39,022 bases of DNA from the NCBI GenBank assembly GCA_045105495.1, contig JBGCDN010000215.1:1-39022 (forward strand), read 5' to 3'. The translations under genes were made by a program, and so were the position numbers. Source of the stretch: Planctomycetaceae bacterium. GTDB lineage: Bacteria; Planctomycetota; Planctomycetia; Planctomycetales; Planctomycetaceae. This document shows positions 26,241-35,552 of this stretch, in pieces. The first letter of the stretch is position 1. Each line of letters starts with the position of its first letter. The notes below the pieces were generated by a model. That model ran no database searches. It saw only the letters and a program-made list of their open reading frames with translations, and was not told where the DNA came from.

Positions 26241-27152
26241 ATGATCAGGAATCAGGACAACTCTCAAAGACGCGGTTTCGCGGCGATTCGCATTCGTCTT
26301 GCAATGCTGGCGTGTCTTGGAGTGCTGCTTATTCAACCGATCCAGGCTGCGTTTACAGCTGGGCCGCAAGACAACGCCGAAGCCAGCGTAGGCACACCGG
26401 TCCCGGCTGAAGTGGTCACTCAAAGCGGCCGGAGCGCGATTCCACGGACGCCGCTGGAGATTATCGAAGCCCTTGGCATTCCGTTTGTTTGCGCATTCGG
26501 CGTCGCGTCAGTCATGGCGCTGTGGTTTGGGATTGAACGGTTGGTTCAACTGAGAAGACGACGCGTGATACCGGCTCACTTTGTGGATCGGTTCCTCATG
26601 CATCTTCGCAATGGGCAGCTGGAACCGAGGCAAGCCATGGCCATTTGCCGCGACAATGGCAGCCCAATTGCCGACGTATTTTCGCACGGCGTCCGCAAAT
26701 GGGGCAAACCCAGCGTTGAGGTCGAACAGGCCATCATCGATGGTGGAGAACGTCAGGTTTCGCAACTGCGAAAGCACCTTCGAGTGCTCAACGGCGTGGC
26801 CACGGTTGCTCCGCTGATTGGCTTGCTGGGAACAGTGATCGGCATGATTCAGGCCTTCAACGACATCGCCAATTCCAGCGCGATGGGTAAGCCGGAAGAA
26901 CTGGCGGTTGGTATTGGCTTGGCGTTGCTCACGACGGCCGTTGGTCTTTCGATCGCGATTCCAGCTCTGACGCTCTACATGTTCCTGGCAAGTCGCATTG
27001 ACTCGCTGGTCATGGAAATGGACAAGCTCTCGCAAAACATCGTTCAACTCATCTCGCAGGAAGCATTGCTCGCCAGAGAACAGGCCGCGACATCCGGCCC
27101 GCGACGACGCACCAAGCCGCGCAAGCAGGAAGAAACTTCTGAGGTTTCCTGA
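26241..27152 (+). CDS. MotA/TolQ/ExbB proton-channel family protein (ExbB-like)
   Basis: The conserved C-terminal block [19 protein letters not shown]...[29 protein letters not shown] is present. The protein has an N-terminal signal or anchor plus three TM helices. Confidence 0.85.
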   Translation: MIRNQDNSQRRGFAAIRIRLAMLACLGVLLIQPIQAAFTAGPQDNAEASVGTPVPAEVVTQSGRSAIPRTPLEIIEALGIPFVCAFGVASVMALWFGIERLVQLRRRRVIPAHFVDRFLMHLRNGQLEPRQAMAICRDNGSPIADVFSHGVRKWGKPSVEVEQAIIDGGERQVSQLRKHLRVLNGVATVAPLIGLLGTVIGMIQAFNDIANSSAMGKPEELAVGIGLALLTTAVGLSIAIPALTLYMFLASRIDSLVMEMDKLSQNIVQLISQEALLAREQAATSGPRRRTKPRKQEETSEVS

Positions 27153-27229
27153 TGCCAGGTTTTTGAACCGCATTCCGGTTCGGCTTTCGGTACCATGCTA
27201 TTTTGAATGCTGGTCCGGTGGGAGAAAAA

Positions 27230-28180
27230 ATGCTGTCTGTTGTGGTGCCCGTCTTCAACGAGAACGAAAGTCTCCACGAACTGCACAGTGAGCTGAAATC
27301 GGTCTGTGCTGAACACAATATTGATTGTGAGTTCATTTTCGTAGACGACGGATCGAACGATGGCTCGTGGCAAAAGATCTGCGAGATCACTGCCGACGAC
27401 TCGCGAGCCAAAGGAATTCGGTTCAGGCGGAACTTTGGCAAAGCTGCCGCGTTGACCGCTGGCATGCGTGCAGCCAAGGGCGAAAACATCGTCATGATGG
27501 ATGCCGATTTGCAGGACGATCCGGCTGAGATCCCACGACTTCTGGCGAAGCAGTCTGAAGGGTTTGACGTTGTAAACGGCTGGAAAGTCCGGCGGCTGGA
27601 TCCATGGCACAAGGTCTATCCCAGTCGTGTTTTCAACTGGATGGCCAGCACACTAACTGGCGTCAAACTGCACGATCACAACTGTGGCCTGAAGCTGTTT
27701 CCGAAAGACGTCGCGAGTGAAGTACGGCTTTATGGAGAGCTGCACCGGTTCATTCCGATCCTTGCGGCATCACGCGGATTCACTGTCACTGAACTGGAAG
27801 TGAACCATCGTGAGCGCCAATTTGGTCATTCGAAATACGGTGTCAGACGCTTCATGCGAGGCCTGCTGGATCTGATTACAGTGCGGTTCCTGACCGGGTT
27901 CGGTAACCGACCTCAACACGCATTGGGAGCCGTTGGAATTCTGTTCTTCGCTATCGGCTGCCTTGGACTGACCTACCTCGGAGGGCTTTGGGTTGCGATG
28001 CGATTGTTCGAATCGATCAAGGTACAGGACATTGGCACCCGTCCGCTGCTGGCCTATTCGATCGCCGCAACACTACTAGGCGCTCAGGCTTTGACACTCG
28101 GGCTACTTGCTGAGTTGATTGTTGCCAGAACCGAAAATCACGACACATTTAGTGTTTCAGAAACCGTCGGTGATGCCTGA
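27230..28180 (+). CDS. Family-2 glycosyltransferase, polyprenyl-phosphate sugar transferase type (GtrB/ArnC/DPM1-like)
   Basis: [26 protein letters not shown] and [11 protein letters not shown] are present, and there are two C-terminal TM helices. The ATG at 27230 is preceded by GGTGGGAG. The ORF opens at TTG 27203. Confidence 0.85.
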   Translation: MLSVVVPVFNENESLHELHSELKSVCAEHNIDCEFIFVDDGSNDGSWQKICEITADDSRAKGIRFRRNFGKAAALTAGMRAAKGENIVMMDADLQDDPAEIPRLLAKQSEGFDVVNGWKVRRLDPWHKVYPSRVFNWMASTLTGVKLHDHNCGLKLFPKDVASEVRLYGELHRFIPILAASRGFTVTELEVNHRERQFGHSKYGVRRFMRGLLDLITVRFLTGFGNRPQHALGAVGILFFAIGCLGLTYLGGLWVAMRLFESIKVQDIGTRPLLAYSIAATLLGAQALTLGLLAELIVARTENHDTFSVSETVGDA

Positions 28181-28182
28181 CG

Positions 28183-28500
28183 ATGTCAGTGTCGACGCCC
28201 TCCGATGATTCGAATCCGTACAATGCGAGCCAGATTGATCCTGAGGAATCGCCAAGCCAACCATCGCAAGTGGGCTGGTTCTTCATCCCAAGTTTTATTG
28301 GGATGTTAGTTGGCAGTCCTGCAATTGGACCATGGCTTCCGTTTTCGTTTGGTGACCCCGGTGGCAGAAGCCTCGGCGCTGCGGCTGGTGGGTTCGCCGG
28401 ATTGGCAATTGGGACAATGCTGTACCGACGCAACAGACGAAATCGAAACGGCATGGACACGCCACCCGAAGCTGGCCAACAGAGTGAGCAGGCTACGTAG
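28183..28500 (+). CDS. Hypothetical small membrane protein with glycine-zipper-like segment (105 aa)
   Basis: The gene starts 2 nt after the GT2 stop. It has two hydrophobic segments (WFFIPSFIGMLVGSPAIGPW and LGAAAGGFAGLAIGTMLY) and a basic tail RRNRRNRN. No family was recognised. Confidence 0.45.
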   Translation: MSVSTPSDDSNPYNASQIDPEESPSQPSQVGWFFIPSFIGMLVGSPAIGPWLPFSFGDPGGRSLGAAAGGFAGLAIGTMLYRRNRRNRNGMDTPPEAGQQSEQAT

Positions 28501-29416
28501 CCACAATCGTTGCACCACGGTTAAGTGGCTTGACGATCTGAGAATCAAGTTCGCTAACCTGCGAGATTCGTTGAGCTTCGTCCTCATCTCTCGCAATCGC
28601 GCAAACGGTTGGCCCCCACGACGATTGAACCACCGCGCGAATGCCGTCGCTGCGGAGTTTGCCTGCTAGCTCCGATGCTGCGGGCGATCGGAATACACCG
28701 CCCTGCACTGGCGCAAAATGTTGGCCAATTGTGTTGCCAAAGTGGTTCAGTCCGCTGGCAAAAGATTCGAAGTCACAGGCTTCGAGCGAGGGGCTGATTT
28801 CCTGAGCAACACGGAGCCGAAGTTCTTCGTTCACGCTCTCGGACATCGCAGGCAACTGACTAAACGCATCTAATTCCTGCTGACCGGACAGACCTTCACA
28901 ATCTGTTGGAGTCAGGAGAACCAAACGCCATGCATCTGGAAACGAAATTCGTTGCCGGATCTGACCAATCGATTCGCCCTCCGCGTGACCAGCATCGACG
29001 AAGAATCCCCCCGTCTCAAATCCATGAATGCCGATCGCTGACCGACGACCGCGCCCGGTCGCAAGTGCAATCTCCGCCGGTGAGCATTCAAAGTTTCCAA
29101 GCCGAGCCAACGCCGACCCCAACGCGACGGCTAACTGGGTTCCTGAACCCAAACCGTTGTGTGACGGGATAAAACGCGGGACAGAAACAGCAGCCGCTGG
29201 TGTGGCAAACTCTTCCCTGAACCTCGCCACCAACATGTCGACACGACTTGCGATTTGGCCCGGCGCGTTGATCGAAGTCATCTCAGCAGACCGAACGCGA
29301 ACAGTGACGCCGGGCGAATCGACCATCATGCCGATCCCACCAAACTTTCGTCCGGCAACCAGGTCAAACAACCCAAAGTGCAATCGCGCGCCGGTTGAAA
29401 CTACAACTTCGCGCAT
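28493..29416 (-). CDS. mptG: Beta-ribofuranosylaminobenzene 5'-phosphate (beta-RFAP) synthase, GHMP-kinase fold (methanopterin biosynthesis)
   Basis: The N-terminus reads VVVSTGARLHFGLFDLVAGRKFGGIGMMVDSPGVTV and a GHMP-type motif SHNGLGSGTQLAVALGSALARL is present. Both are characteristic of the MptG/MJ1427 family. Confidence 0.75.
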   Translation of the reverse strand: MREVVVSTGARLHFGLFDLVAGRKFGGIGMMVDSPGVTVRVRSAEMTSINAPGQIASRVDMLVARFREEFATPAAAVSVPRFIPSHNGLGSGTQLAVALGSALARLGNFECSPAEIALATGRGRRSAIGIHGFETGGFFVDAGHAEGESIGQIRQRISFPDAWRLVLLTPTDCEGLSGQQELDAFSQLPAMSESVNEELRLRVAQEISPSLEACDFESFASGLNHFGNTIGQHFAPVQGGVFRSPAASELAGKLRSDGIRAVVQSSWGPTVCAIARDEDEAQRISQVSELDSQIVKPLNRGATIVAT

Positions 29417-29985
29417 AGGTTCGTTTCGTACTGTTGGTTCACAAAATCCATGATCAAATTGAACGCCGCACGTTCGTCTGGCCCGGCGGTCTTCTGAACA
29501 GGAACCCGCAAGCGTTCAAATTCGCAAACCACTTCATCGCGTTCAAGAATGTGAGTGCGTGTTGCCATGATGGCTGCCTCGAGGACAGCATGTTTGGCTC
29601 GATTGAACCCGAAGAAGTCTCGTAGCCTGCCGGTGTGTATAACGGTCGCCAGGCATTCGGTTCTCTGTTCAGAATCGTCAATCGAATCGATGCGAAATTC
29701 AAACCAACGACACGCCGATGTCAGGACTCTCCCTGCAATATCCACGGCCGGCTGTGTTTTAGGTTCTGGTTCAAGCTGTCGACAAACAGCTTTGGCAATC
29801 AGCAAAACATCATCAACAACATGCAGGACACCACACCCCGTTGCTTTGAGGTTCTGATACGTCTGCGAGGTTTGAAACGGGCGCAGTCGTAGCACTCGCA
29901 TGTCGGGTTCGACAATCGGCCCCATCGGTGCGATGTTTAGCTGGCCGCTGATGTCTTGAGTTGTGACGACGCCTTCGAGAATCAT
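29401..29985 (-). CDS. DUF447-family protein (split-barrel-like; associated with H4MPT-linked gene sets)
   Basis: MILEGVVTTQDISGQLNIAPMGPIV matches the DUF447 N-terminal signature. The gene overlaps the mptG start by 16 nt. The ORF could extend to GTG 30051. Confidence 0.7.
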   Translation of the reverse strand: MILEGVVTTQDISGQLNIAPMGPIVEPDMRVLRLRPFQTSQTYQNLKATGCGVLHVVDDVLLIAKAVCRQLEPEPKTQPAVDIAGRVLTSACRWFEFRIDSIDDSEQRTECLATVIHTGRLRDFFGFNRAKHAVLEAAIMATRTHILERDEVVCEFERLRVPVQKTAGPDERAAFNLIMDFVNQQYETNLCAKL

Positions 29986-30081
29986 GTTGGCATGATTCCT
30001 GAACTGTGTAGCAGCGTCAACCGGGTGGCGTTTGGGAAAAGTACTTCCCACAGAACCGAACGCTCGATGCCCAGTACCAGC

Positions 30082-30666
30082 CTAGTCGATGGTCAGCAAA
30101 TACCAGAGTGTTTCAAACTTGCCACCGATCGAAAATTCAATTCCATCGCTGGTTCGTTTCACCGGAACTTCTTTGGTTCTCGCGCCTGTTCCATCCAGTG
30201 CGAAGACTTTGCGAACCTGCCGGCTTGCGATACGGACCGTGGCCGAAACAGGGTTAATCCTCGTGGGGCCTGTGCCCCATTTGTCTGAAACAGAAGTACG
30301 CTCGTCGTTCCACTGCATACCCGTGTTCTCAGCACCGCTGGAAGCCAGCAGCAGGATGGACTTCGATGCACCAATCGAATCGGCATCGTCCAGAGTAGTG
30401 GCGACCACGGTTCCGTAGTTTCTAAGAATGGAACCGACTTCCACATCGAGATTGGGCATCGAAAACGACTGGTTCGCAATGAGTCCCCACGCCCCCTGCG
30501 AGCGTGGTGTGTTAAGCGTCAGATATGCTCTGTCTGGTTTGGTCGCATCCCAGATAAGACTTTTGTCTGGTGTCTCAAGCCGGATTGCGTCGCCCTTCAT
30601 CGAGCCGGGCAGTCGAGCCGGGCAGTCGAGTAATGCTCTTGCCACTTGCTTTCGGGTCAACACCAA
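30082..30666 (-). pseudogene. 3' fragment of the frameshifted glycoside hydrolase gene (C-terminal beta-sandwich-like region)
   Basis: This 194-aa ORF overlaps the 5' fragment exactly at the 13-nt duplication. Deleting one repeat copy puts it in frame with 30575..32698. Confidence 0.7.
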
Positions 30667-32698
30667 TCAAGTGTGAAAACGCCAAGCGGCCGTCTAAACG
30701 ATCGCTGAAGGTTCCGTGTCGTTTTGTCTTGAGCGCTGGAAGATCGCCTCGGAGAAAAATGTTGGCTCCCACCGCAATGGTTGCCAGTTTCACGGGCTGA
30801 CTGTTGAGATCAAAGAACCCTTCGAAGTGATCTGCAAACCAACGCTTACTGGTCTGCGAATAGTCAAAGAAGTAGACCGCGTCCCAATCCTGAATCGACG
30901 CCATCACTGCCGCCATCATCACCGCACCAGAGTTAACGTCGCTTGGTTCAGCATGGTTCCATTCGCTCAACGTAAACGGCATTCCGAAATAGCGCCAACC
31001 AGACCGCATGAGTAGTGAGTTTGTTGGCCAACCGCTACGAGTGGGGAATGATTCGATCGGTTCGTTACCGGTTCGGTAGTCTGTCGGGTTGAAGTTCTTG
31101 CCGGCCGGGAATGTCGGATGATGCCAGTAGTTGTGCAGATCGATAAAATCGACGGTACTCGCCAGCAAACCTTCCGCGTGATAGTTTTCCTGAGACGCGG
31201 TAATGGGAACTCGCACGCCAAGTTCGTCGGTCAAGAATCGTTTCAGTTCGACAATCCACGCACGCTCAGTATCAACCATAAACCGATTGAGATCGTTGAT
31301 GGCTGGCAGTGGCCAACCAGAAACCGGTATCCCAACATTTCCCTGCTCGATCGACTGATCGGCTGCAAGTTCCTGAGATTCGACACCTCCGTTAAGTCGT
31401 ACGTCGCTAAACTCGATCGGCGTTTCATCGGCACCGATACTTAAGGCAACGTATGCATCGCTGGCGTCGCCCTTTGGGAAGAAAACTTTGCGAACCTGCT
31501 TCCATTCAGGACCAGCCGAAGCTGGTTCGAACATGCCAATCGGATCCCATTCACCGGATTCCGCAGTGGAGATTTCCATATTAAATTCGCGCGGTTTGTC
31601 GGATCGGACCCAGTACGACAGCGTGTACGGCTGCCCTTTTTTTATCGCGATGCCACGGTAACTGAGCTGCAAGAAGTGAGCCTGTTCTAACCGCGCAGGT
31701 GGGGCGAATCGAAGTGCCTTCTGCGACTTCGGTCCAGGTTGCCCAACCGTTGGCTGGTAAGGATCGTCTGGTTTATTGATGCTCCATTTTCCAAGCGTCT
31801 TGTCCCAGCTCGCAGGCTGAATCAGGGACTGTCCGAGCTTCCCCTGGTCTCGATTCCAGACTGATTTCATCCGGCTTGTGGAACCGTACCTCTTACCCAG
31901 CCATCGATTCCATGTCTTGCCGAACGACTTCACGTAGCGATCAGGTAGAAAGCGGAGAAGTGAAGTTCCCTCGACACTGAAGTAGTTCTCATTCAACATC
32001 TCGACGAACGCGATTCCCGGATCGTCTACTCGACGCTTATTGCGGTACGGGTTGTTGTGCGTCAGAAGCTCGCGACAGAATTTCTTCAGTTCCGCCTGAA
32101 CATCTTCGTCGTAATACATCACCCATTTATTGGATGCTGCCCACCATGGCTGGCCCTTGGCTACGGGAAAGCCTTCACCTTCGGTCAGTGTTCGCGAAAC
32201 GTGCAGGTTGAGATTCGCGTATATGCCTTGCTTGTGCAGTTCGTTCAGGAAAAAGTCCAGGCGATCGATTTGTTGTGGGTCGAGAATTCGTCTACCGGAT
32301 GGCAGCGTTTTCCAAATGCCCTCCGGAGCGTCTTGCATATCCATGTGATGGAAACGAACGGCGTTGATGCCCAGCTTGGCAAAATGCGGAGCAATCTTCC
32401 TGGCTTCTTCATGTGTCGGAAAGTTCGCCCCAAAGCATAGATTGACACCCCATACTCGCAGGCGGTTGTCGCCAACAAAGAAATGACCATCGCGGGCCGA
32501 CACAAATTCTTCCGACACCGGTGCGGTGATGAGTCTTGAGAAATTGGTCGCCGATGCAGTGCCATCGTCACCCGGAATAACGAAAGGAACGGTTCCCTCC
32601 TGCGCACTGGCCGCCCCAACCATCAGTGCAAGCAGGGTCAGACAAAGCTGTCTGCATGTGAAAGGACACCACGTTGATTGAATACTGTTGCTTATCAT
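30575..32698 (-). pseudogene. 5' fragment of a secreted clan GH-A (GH5-like) glycoside hydrolase with an internal CBM-like insert, frameshifted near codon 690
   Basis: A signal peptide is present (LCLTLLALMVGAASAQE). TIM-barrel hallmarks include RLRVWGVNLCFGANFP, GINAVRFHHMD, an acid/base candidate VEMLNENYF and a nucleophile candidate FTLSEWNH. The ORF ends about a dozen codons after the duplication. Confidence 0.75.
30600..30630. repeat. Perfect 13-nt tandem duplication (2.4 copies)
   Basis: The stretch tcgagccgggcag tcgagccgggcag tcgag was read directly from the sequence. The flanking bases on both sides break the repeat. Confidence 0.95.
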
Positions 32699-32795
32699 GG
32701 TTTTCTCCCAAGTTTGCCAGTGGCGGAACCGGAGACGCTGGATGATTCAATGTGAGACGTGCGGTTTGTGAACTGCAGTAGGCTGCAGGGTGTTC

Positions 32796-33596
32796 TTACT
32801 TTGCTTTCCGCTGCGGTACCGTCGCCTTCACACAGCGGAACCCAATAGCATCGCTCCGAATATGGTCTGGTACCGCCCAGCGCGTTGAAGACTTCAGCAT
32901 CGAATAATGATCGCGCCACGAACCGCCGCGCATGGTTCGTTGTGTTGAACCAGGTAGTTCTGCCGCAGTGGCAGCGGACTGCGCTGGTCTCCACGGATCA
33001 CTTACATATTCCCAGAGATATCCGTGCATGTCGTAGAGCCCCCATGGATTCGGCTTGAGCACACCGACAGCCGGATCGTTGCCTGCGGCATTTCCATGAT
33101 GCCATGCGTAGTCGTCAAGAACGCTGGCGGCGGGTTCTTTGTCAGTCTTTGCCCGTGGGTTTGCTCCGAATGAATAGTCCGTCTTCGTTCCCGCACGGCA
33201 GGCGTATTCCCATTCTGATTCGGTTGGCAGGCGAATGACTTCATTGTCGTTCAACAAGCCGCCGCGTCGCATGATTGCTGTGATACGGTCACAAAATGTG
33301 GTCGCTTCGATGTAGGTGATGGACTCGACAGAATTCCGTGGACCTTTCCAGCGGCTTGGATTTCGACCCATGACGGAAGCGTAGAGGTTTTGAGTGATTT
33401 CGTACTTTGCGATCGCGAACGGAGCCTGCTTTTGCTTCGGTTCCGGAAACTTACCAACGCCCGGCGTGATGCTTACGAATTCGTCGCGAAATGTGGTCAG
33501 CAGGACCTTCTGATCTTGTGGTTCAGACGCGGTCGCATATCCAGAACCTATACACAGAACAAGCAAATTGCCTAAAGCGAATCGGGACATCGTCAT
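32796..33596 (-). CDS. FGE-sulfatase (SUMF1/formylglycine-generating enzyme) domain protein, secreted
   Basis: RLPTESEWEYACRAGTKTDYSFG, GLYDMHGYLWEYVSD, RTMRGGSW and AIGFRCV are present. The ATG at 33596 gives the signal-like N-terminus MTMSRFALGNLLVLCIGSGYATA. The ORF is open to 33698. Confidence 0.85.
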   Translation of the reverse strand: MTMSRFALGNLLVLCIGSGYATASEPQDQKVLLTTFRDEFVSITPGVGKFPEPKQKQAPFAIAKYEITQNLYASVMGRNPSRWKGPRNSVESITYIEATTFCDRITAIMRRGGLLNDNEVIRLPTESEWEYACRAGTKTDYSFGANPRAKTDKEPAASVLDDYAWHHGNAAGNDPAVGVLKPNPWGLYDMHGYLWEYVSDPWRPAQSAATAAELPGSTQRTMRGGSWRDHYSMLKSSTRWAVPDHIRSDAIGFRCVKATVPQRKAK

Positions 33597-33730
33597 GTTT
33601 CCAACAGTCGATCGCGGGACGTTGAGAGTGGTTCTGGGCAATGGTATCGTGCCGCCCCACCTTTTGCAGATTGAAGCCGTTTTCTGCATGACGACCACTC
33701 GTCCTGCGAATTACGGTTCGGAGTAGCCCA

Positions 33731-35521
33731 GTGTCTATCGTCGTGATGAAATTTGGAGGAACCAGTGTTGCCGACGCGACGAAAGTGCGTCGAGCAGCGA
33801 AACGGGCTGTGGAAGCAAAACGCAACGGCAAACAAGTCGTGATGGTCGTGAGTGCTCGAGGTAAGAAGACCGACGAATTGGTTCGACTTGCGCAGGAGAT
33901 TACAGACAGTCCGTTGCCTCGCGAGATGGACATGCTGCTGTCCACCGGCGAACAAGAATCCGTCGCGCTGATGGCCATGGCGATTCATGAAATGGGCGAA
34001 CAAGCCATTAGCTTCACCGGTGCGCAGATGGGATTGCACACGGACGCGAGTCACACAAAAGCTCGGATTGTTCGTATCTCAACTACTCGAATGCGCGAAC
34101 AGCTGGATGCTGGCAACATTGTGATCGCTGCCGGATTCCAGGGAGTTGACGATAAGCTCAATATCACCACGCTCGGTCGAGGCGGTAGCGATACAACTGC
34201 GACTGCATTGGCAGCAGCCTTGAACGCGAACCTATGCGAGATCTACACCGACGTCGAAGGCGTCTTCACCACTGATCCTCGCACCTGCGACGATGCTCGG
34301 CTGTCGCCGCGCATCTCCTACGACGAAATGTTGGAACTCGCCAGTCTTGGCGCCGGCGTCATGCACTCTCGGTCGATTGAGTTCGCAAAGAAGTACCGCG
34401 TACCCATTCGCGTTCGTCCATCTTTCTCTGACGACACCGGAACCCTGATCGCGCCGGAACCAGAAGACGACATGGCCGTGGTTGCTGGCGTCGCGCTAGT
34501 CGCCAACGAAGCGCGAGTGAGTTTGGTTGATATCCCTGACGAACCTGGTGTCATGCAGCTGGTGTTCGCCAAGATGTCTGATCGAAAAATTCCAATCGAC
34601 ATGGTTGTGCAGAACGTGGGCATGGGCGGGACTGCGAACGTTTCGTTTACGGTTCCACAGGATGACCTGGCAGAGACTCTGACTGCTGCCAGCGAAGCCG
34701 TTGAAGAACTTGGTTCAGGTAGCGTGACACAGGGAACCAACCTCGCGAAGGTTTCCGTTGTGGGTGCCGGCATGAGAACGCACACTGGTGTTGCGTGTCA
34801 GATGTTTCAAACGCTGGCTGACGCGGGCATCAACATTTCGATTGTCACGACGAGCGAGATCAAAATTTCGGTTCTGGTCTCTCGCGACGAATGCAAACAG
34901 GCGGTTCAGGTTGTGCATAAGGGATTTGGCTTGGAGAACGTAACCAGAGCCAACCCGGCTGTTGGAATTCGCACCGATTTGACCGCCGACGCCCAGCCTG
35001 TTGATTCAAACGCGGAAGAAGAAATCGTCGCAGGCCTCAGCGCGATGGAAGACATCGTGGTGAGTGACGTGCATCTCGATAACACGCAGTCTCGAATTAC
35101 CATCAGTCACATCCCGGACGAACCTGGAATTGTCGCGAACCTGTTTTCGGCCGTCGCCGAAGGCGGAGTCATGGTCGATATGATTGTGCAGAACGTCGCA
35201 CGCAGTGAAGGGGCGAACGTGTCGTTCACGGTACCGCGCGATGACATTGATCGCAGTCTGCTGCTGATTCGCGAAGTGCTGGATAAGTGGCCGGATGCAG
35301 TTGTTTCCCACGATCGTGAGATCGCCAAGCTGTCCGTCATGGGCATTGGTCTTCGAAGCCACACCGAAGTGGGAGCTCGCATGTTTAGGGTTCTTTCTCA
35401 GTCTGGCATCAACGTGCAGATGATTAACACCAGCGAAATTCGTATTAGCGCTGTCATTACCGCAGACAAAGGCGAAGCCGCGCGAGACTGCTTGCTGAAA
35501 GAGTTTTCGTTACAGTCGTAG
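33731..35521 (+). CDS. lysC: Aspartate kinase with duplicated regulatory module (four ACT domains, 596 aa)
   Basis: The N-terminus reads [19 protein letters not shown], and [17 protein letters not shown] is present. Two homologous ACT-ACT modules follow, at about nt 34500-34930 and 35060-35518. A GGAG lies 7 nt upstream of the GTG start. Confidence 0.92.
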   Translation: MSIVVMKFGGTSVADATKVRRAAKRAVEAKRNGKQVVMVVSARGKKTDELVRLAQEITDSPLPREMDMLLSTGEQESVALMAMAIHEMGEQAISFTGAQMGLHTDASHTKARIVRISTTRMREQLDAGNIVIAAGFQGVDDKLNITTLGRGGSDTTATALAAALNANLCEIYTDVEGVFTTDPRTCDDARLSPRISYDEMLELASLGAGVMHSRSIEFAKKYRVPIRVRPSFSDDTGTLIAPEPEDDMAVVAGVALVANEARVSLVDIPDEPGVMQLVFAKMSDRKIPIDMVVQNVGMGGTANVSFTVPQDDLAETLTAASEAVEELGSGSVTQGTNLAKVSVVGAGMRTHTGVACQMFQTLADAGINISIVTTSEIKISVLVSRDECKQAVQVVHKGFGLENVTRANPAVGIRTDLTADAQPVDSNAEEEIVAGLSAMEDIVVSDVHLDNTQSRITISHIPDEPGIVANLFSAVAEGGVMVDMIVQNVARSEGANVSFTVPRDDIDRSLLLIREVLDKWPDAVVSHDREIAKLSVMGIGLRSHTEVGARMFRVLSQSGINVQMINTSEIRISAVITADKGEAARDCLLKEFSLQS

Positions 35522-35552
35522 GTTAAGGAACCTTCTGCTCGGGAGCCGATCG

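Noticed and set aside
26241-27152. Considered whether the MotA/TolQ/ExbB-family gene is the flagellar stator MotA, given the nearby flagellar cluster.
   Set aside because: There is no MotB-like gene next to it. Its size, topology and conserved C-terminal block look ExbB/TolQ-like. It is separated from the flagellar genes by the regulator and the TPR gene. It is reported as ExbB-like instead.
33626-33700. Possible structured leader upstream of lysC. A 7-bp closing stem (gagtggt/accactc) encloses a 6-bp hairpin (tgcaga...tctgca, 33665-33688) and a weak 4-bp hairpin. A lysine riboswitch was considered.
   Set aside because: The element is far too short for the five-helix L-box and lacks its conserved motifs. 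By rough estimate (about N^2/2 x 4^-7), a 7-bp complement somewhere in a 134-nt region is expected by chance about half the time. The region must also hold two divergent promoters.
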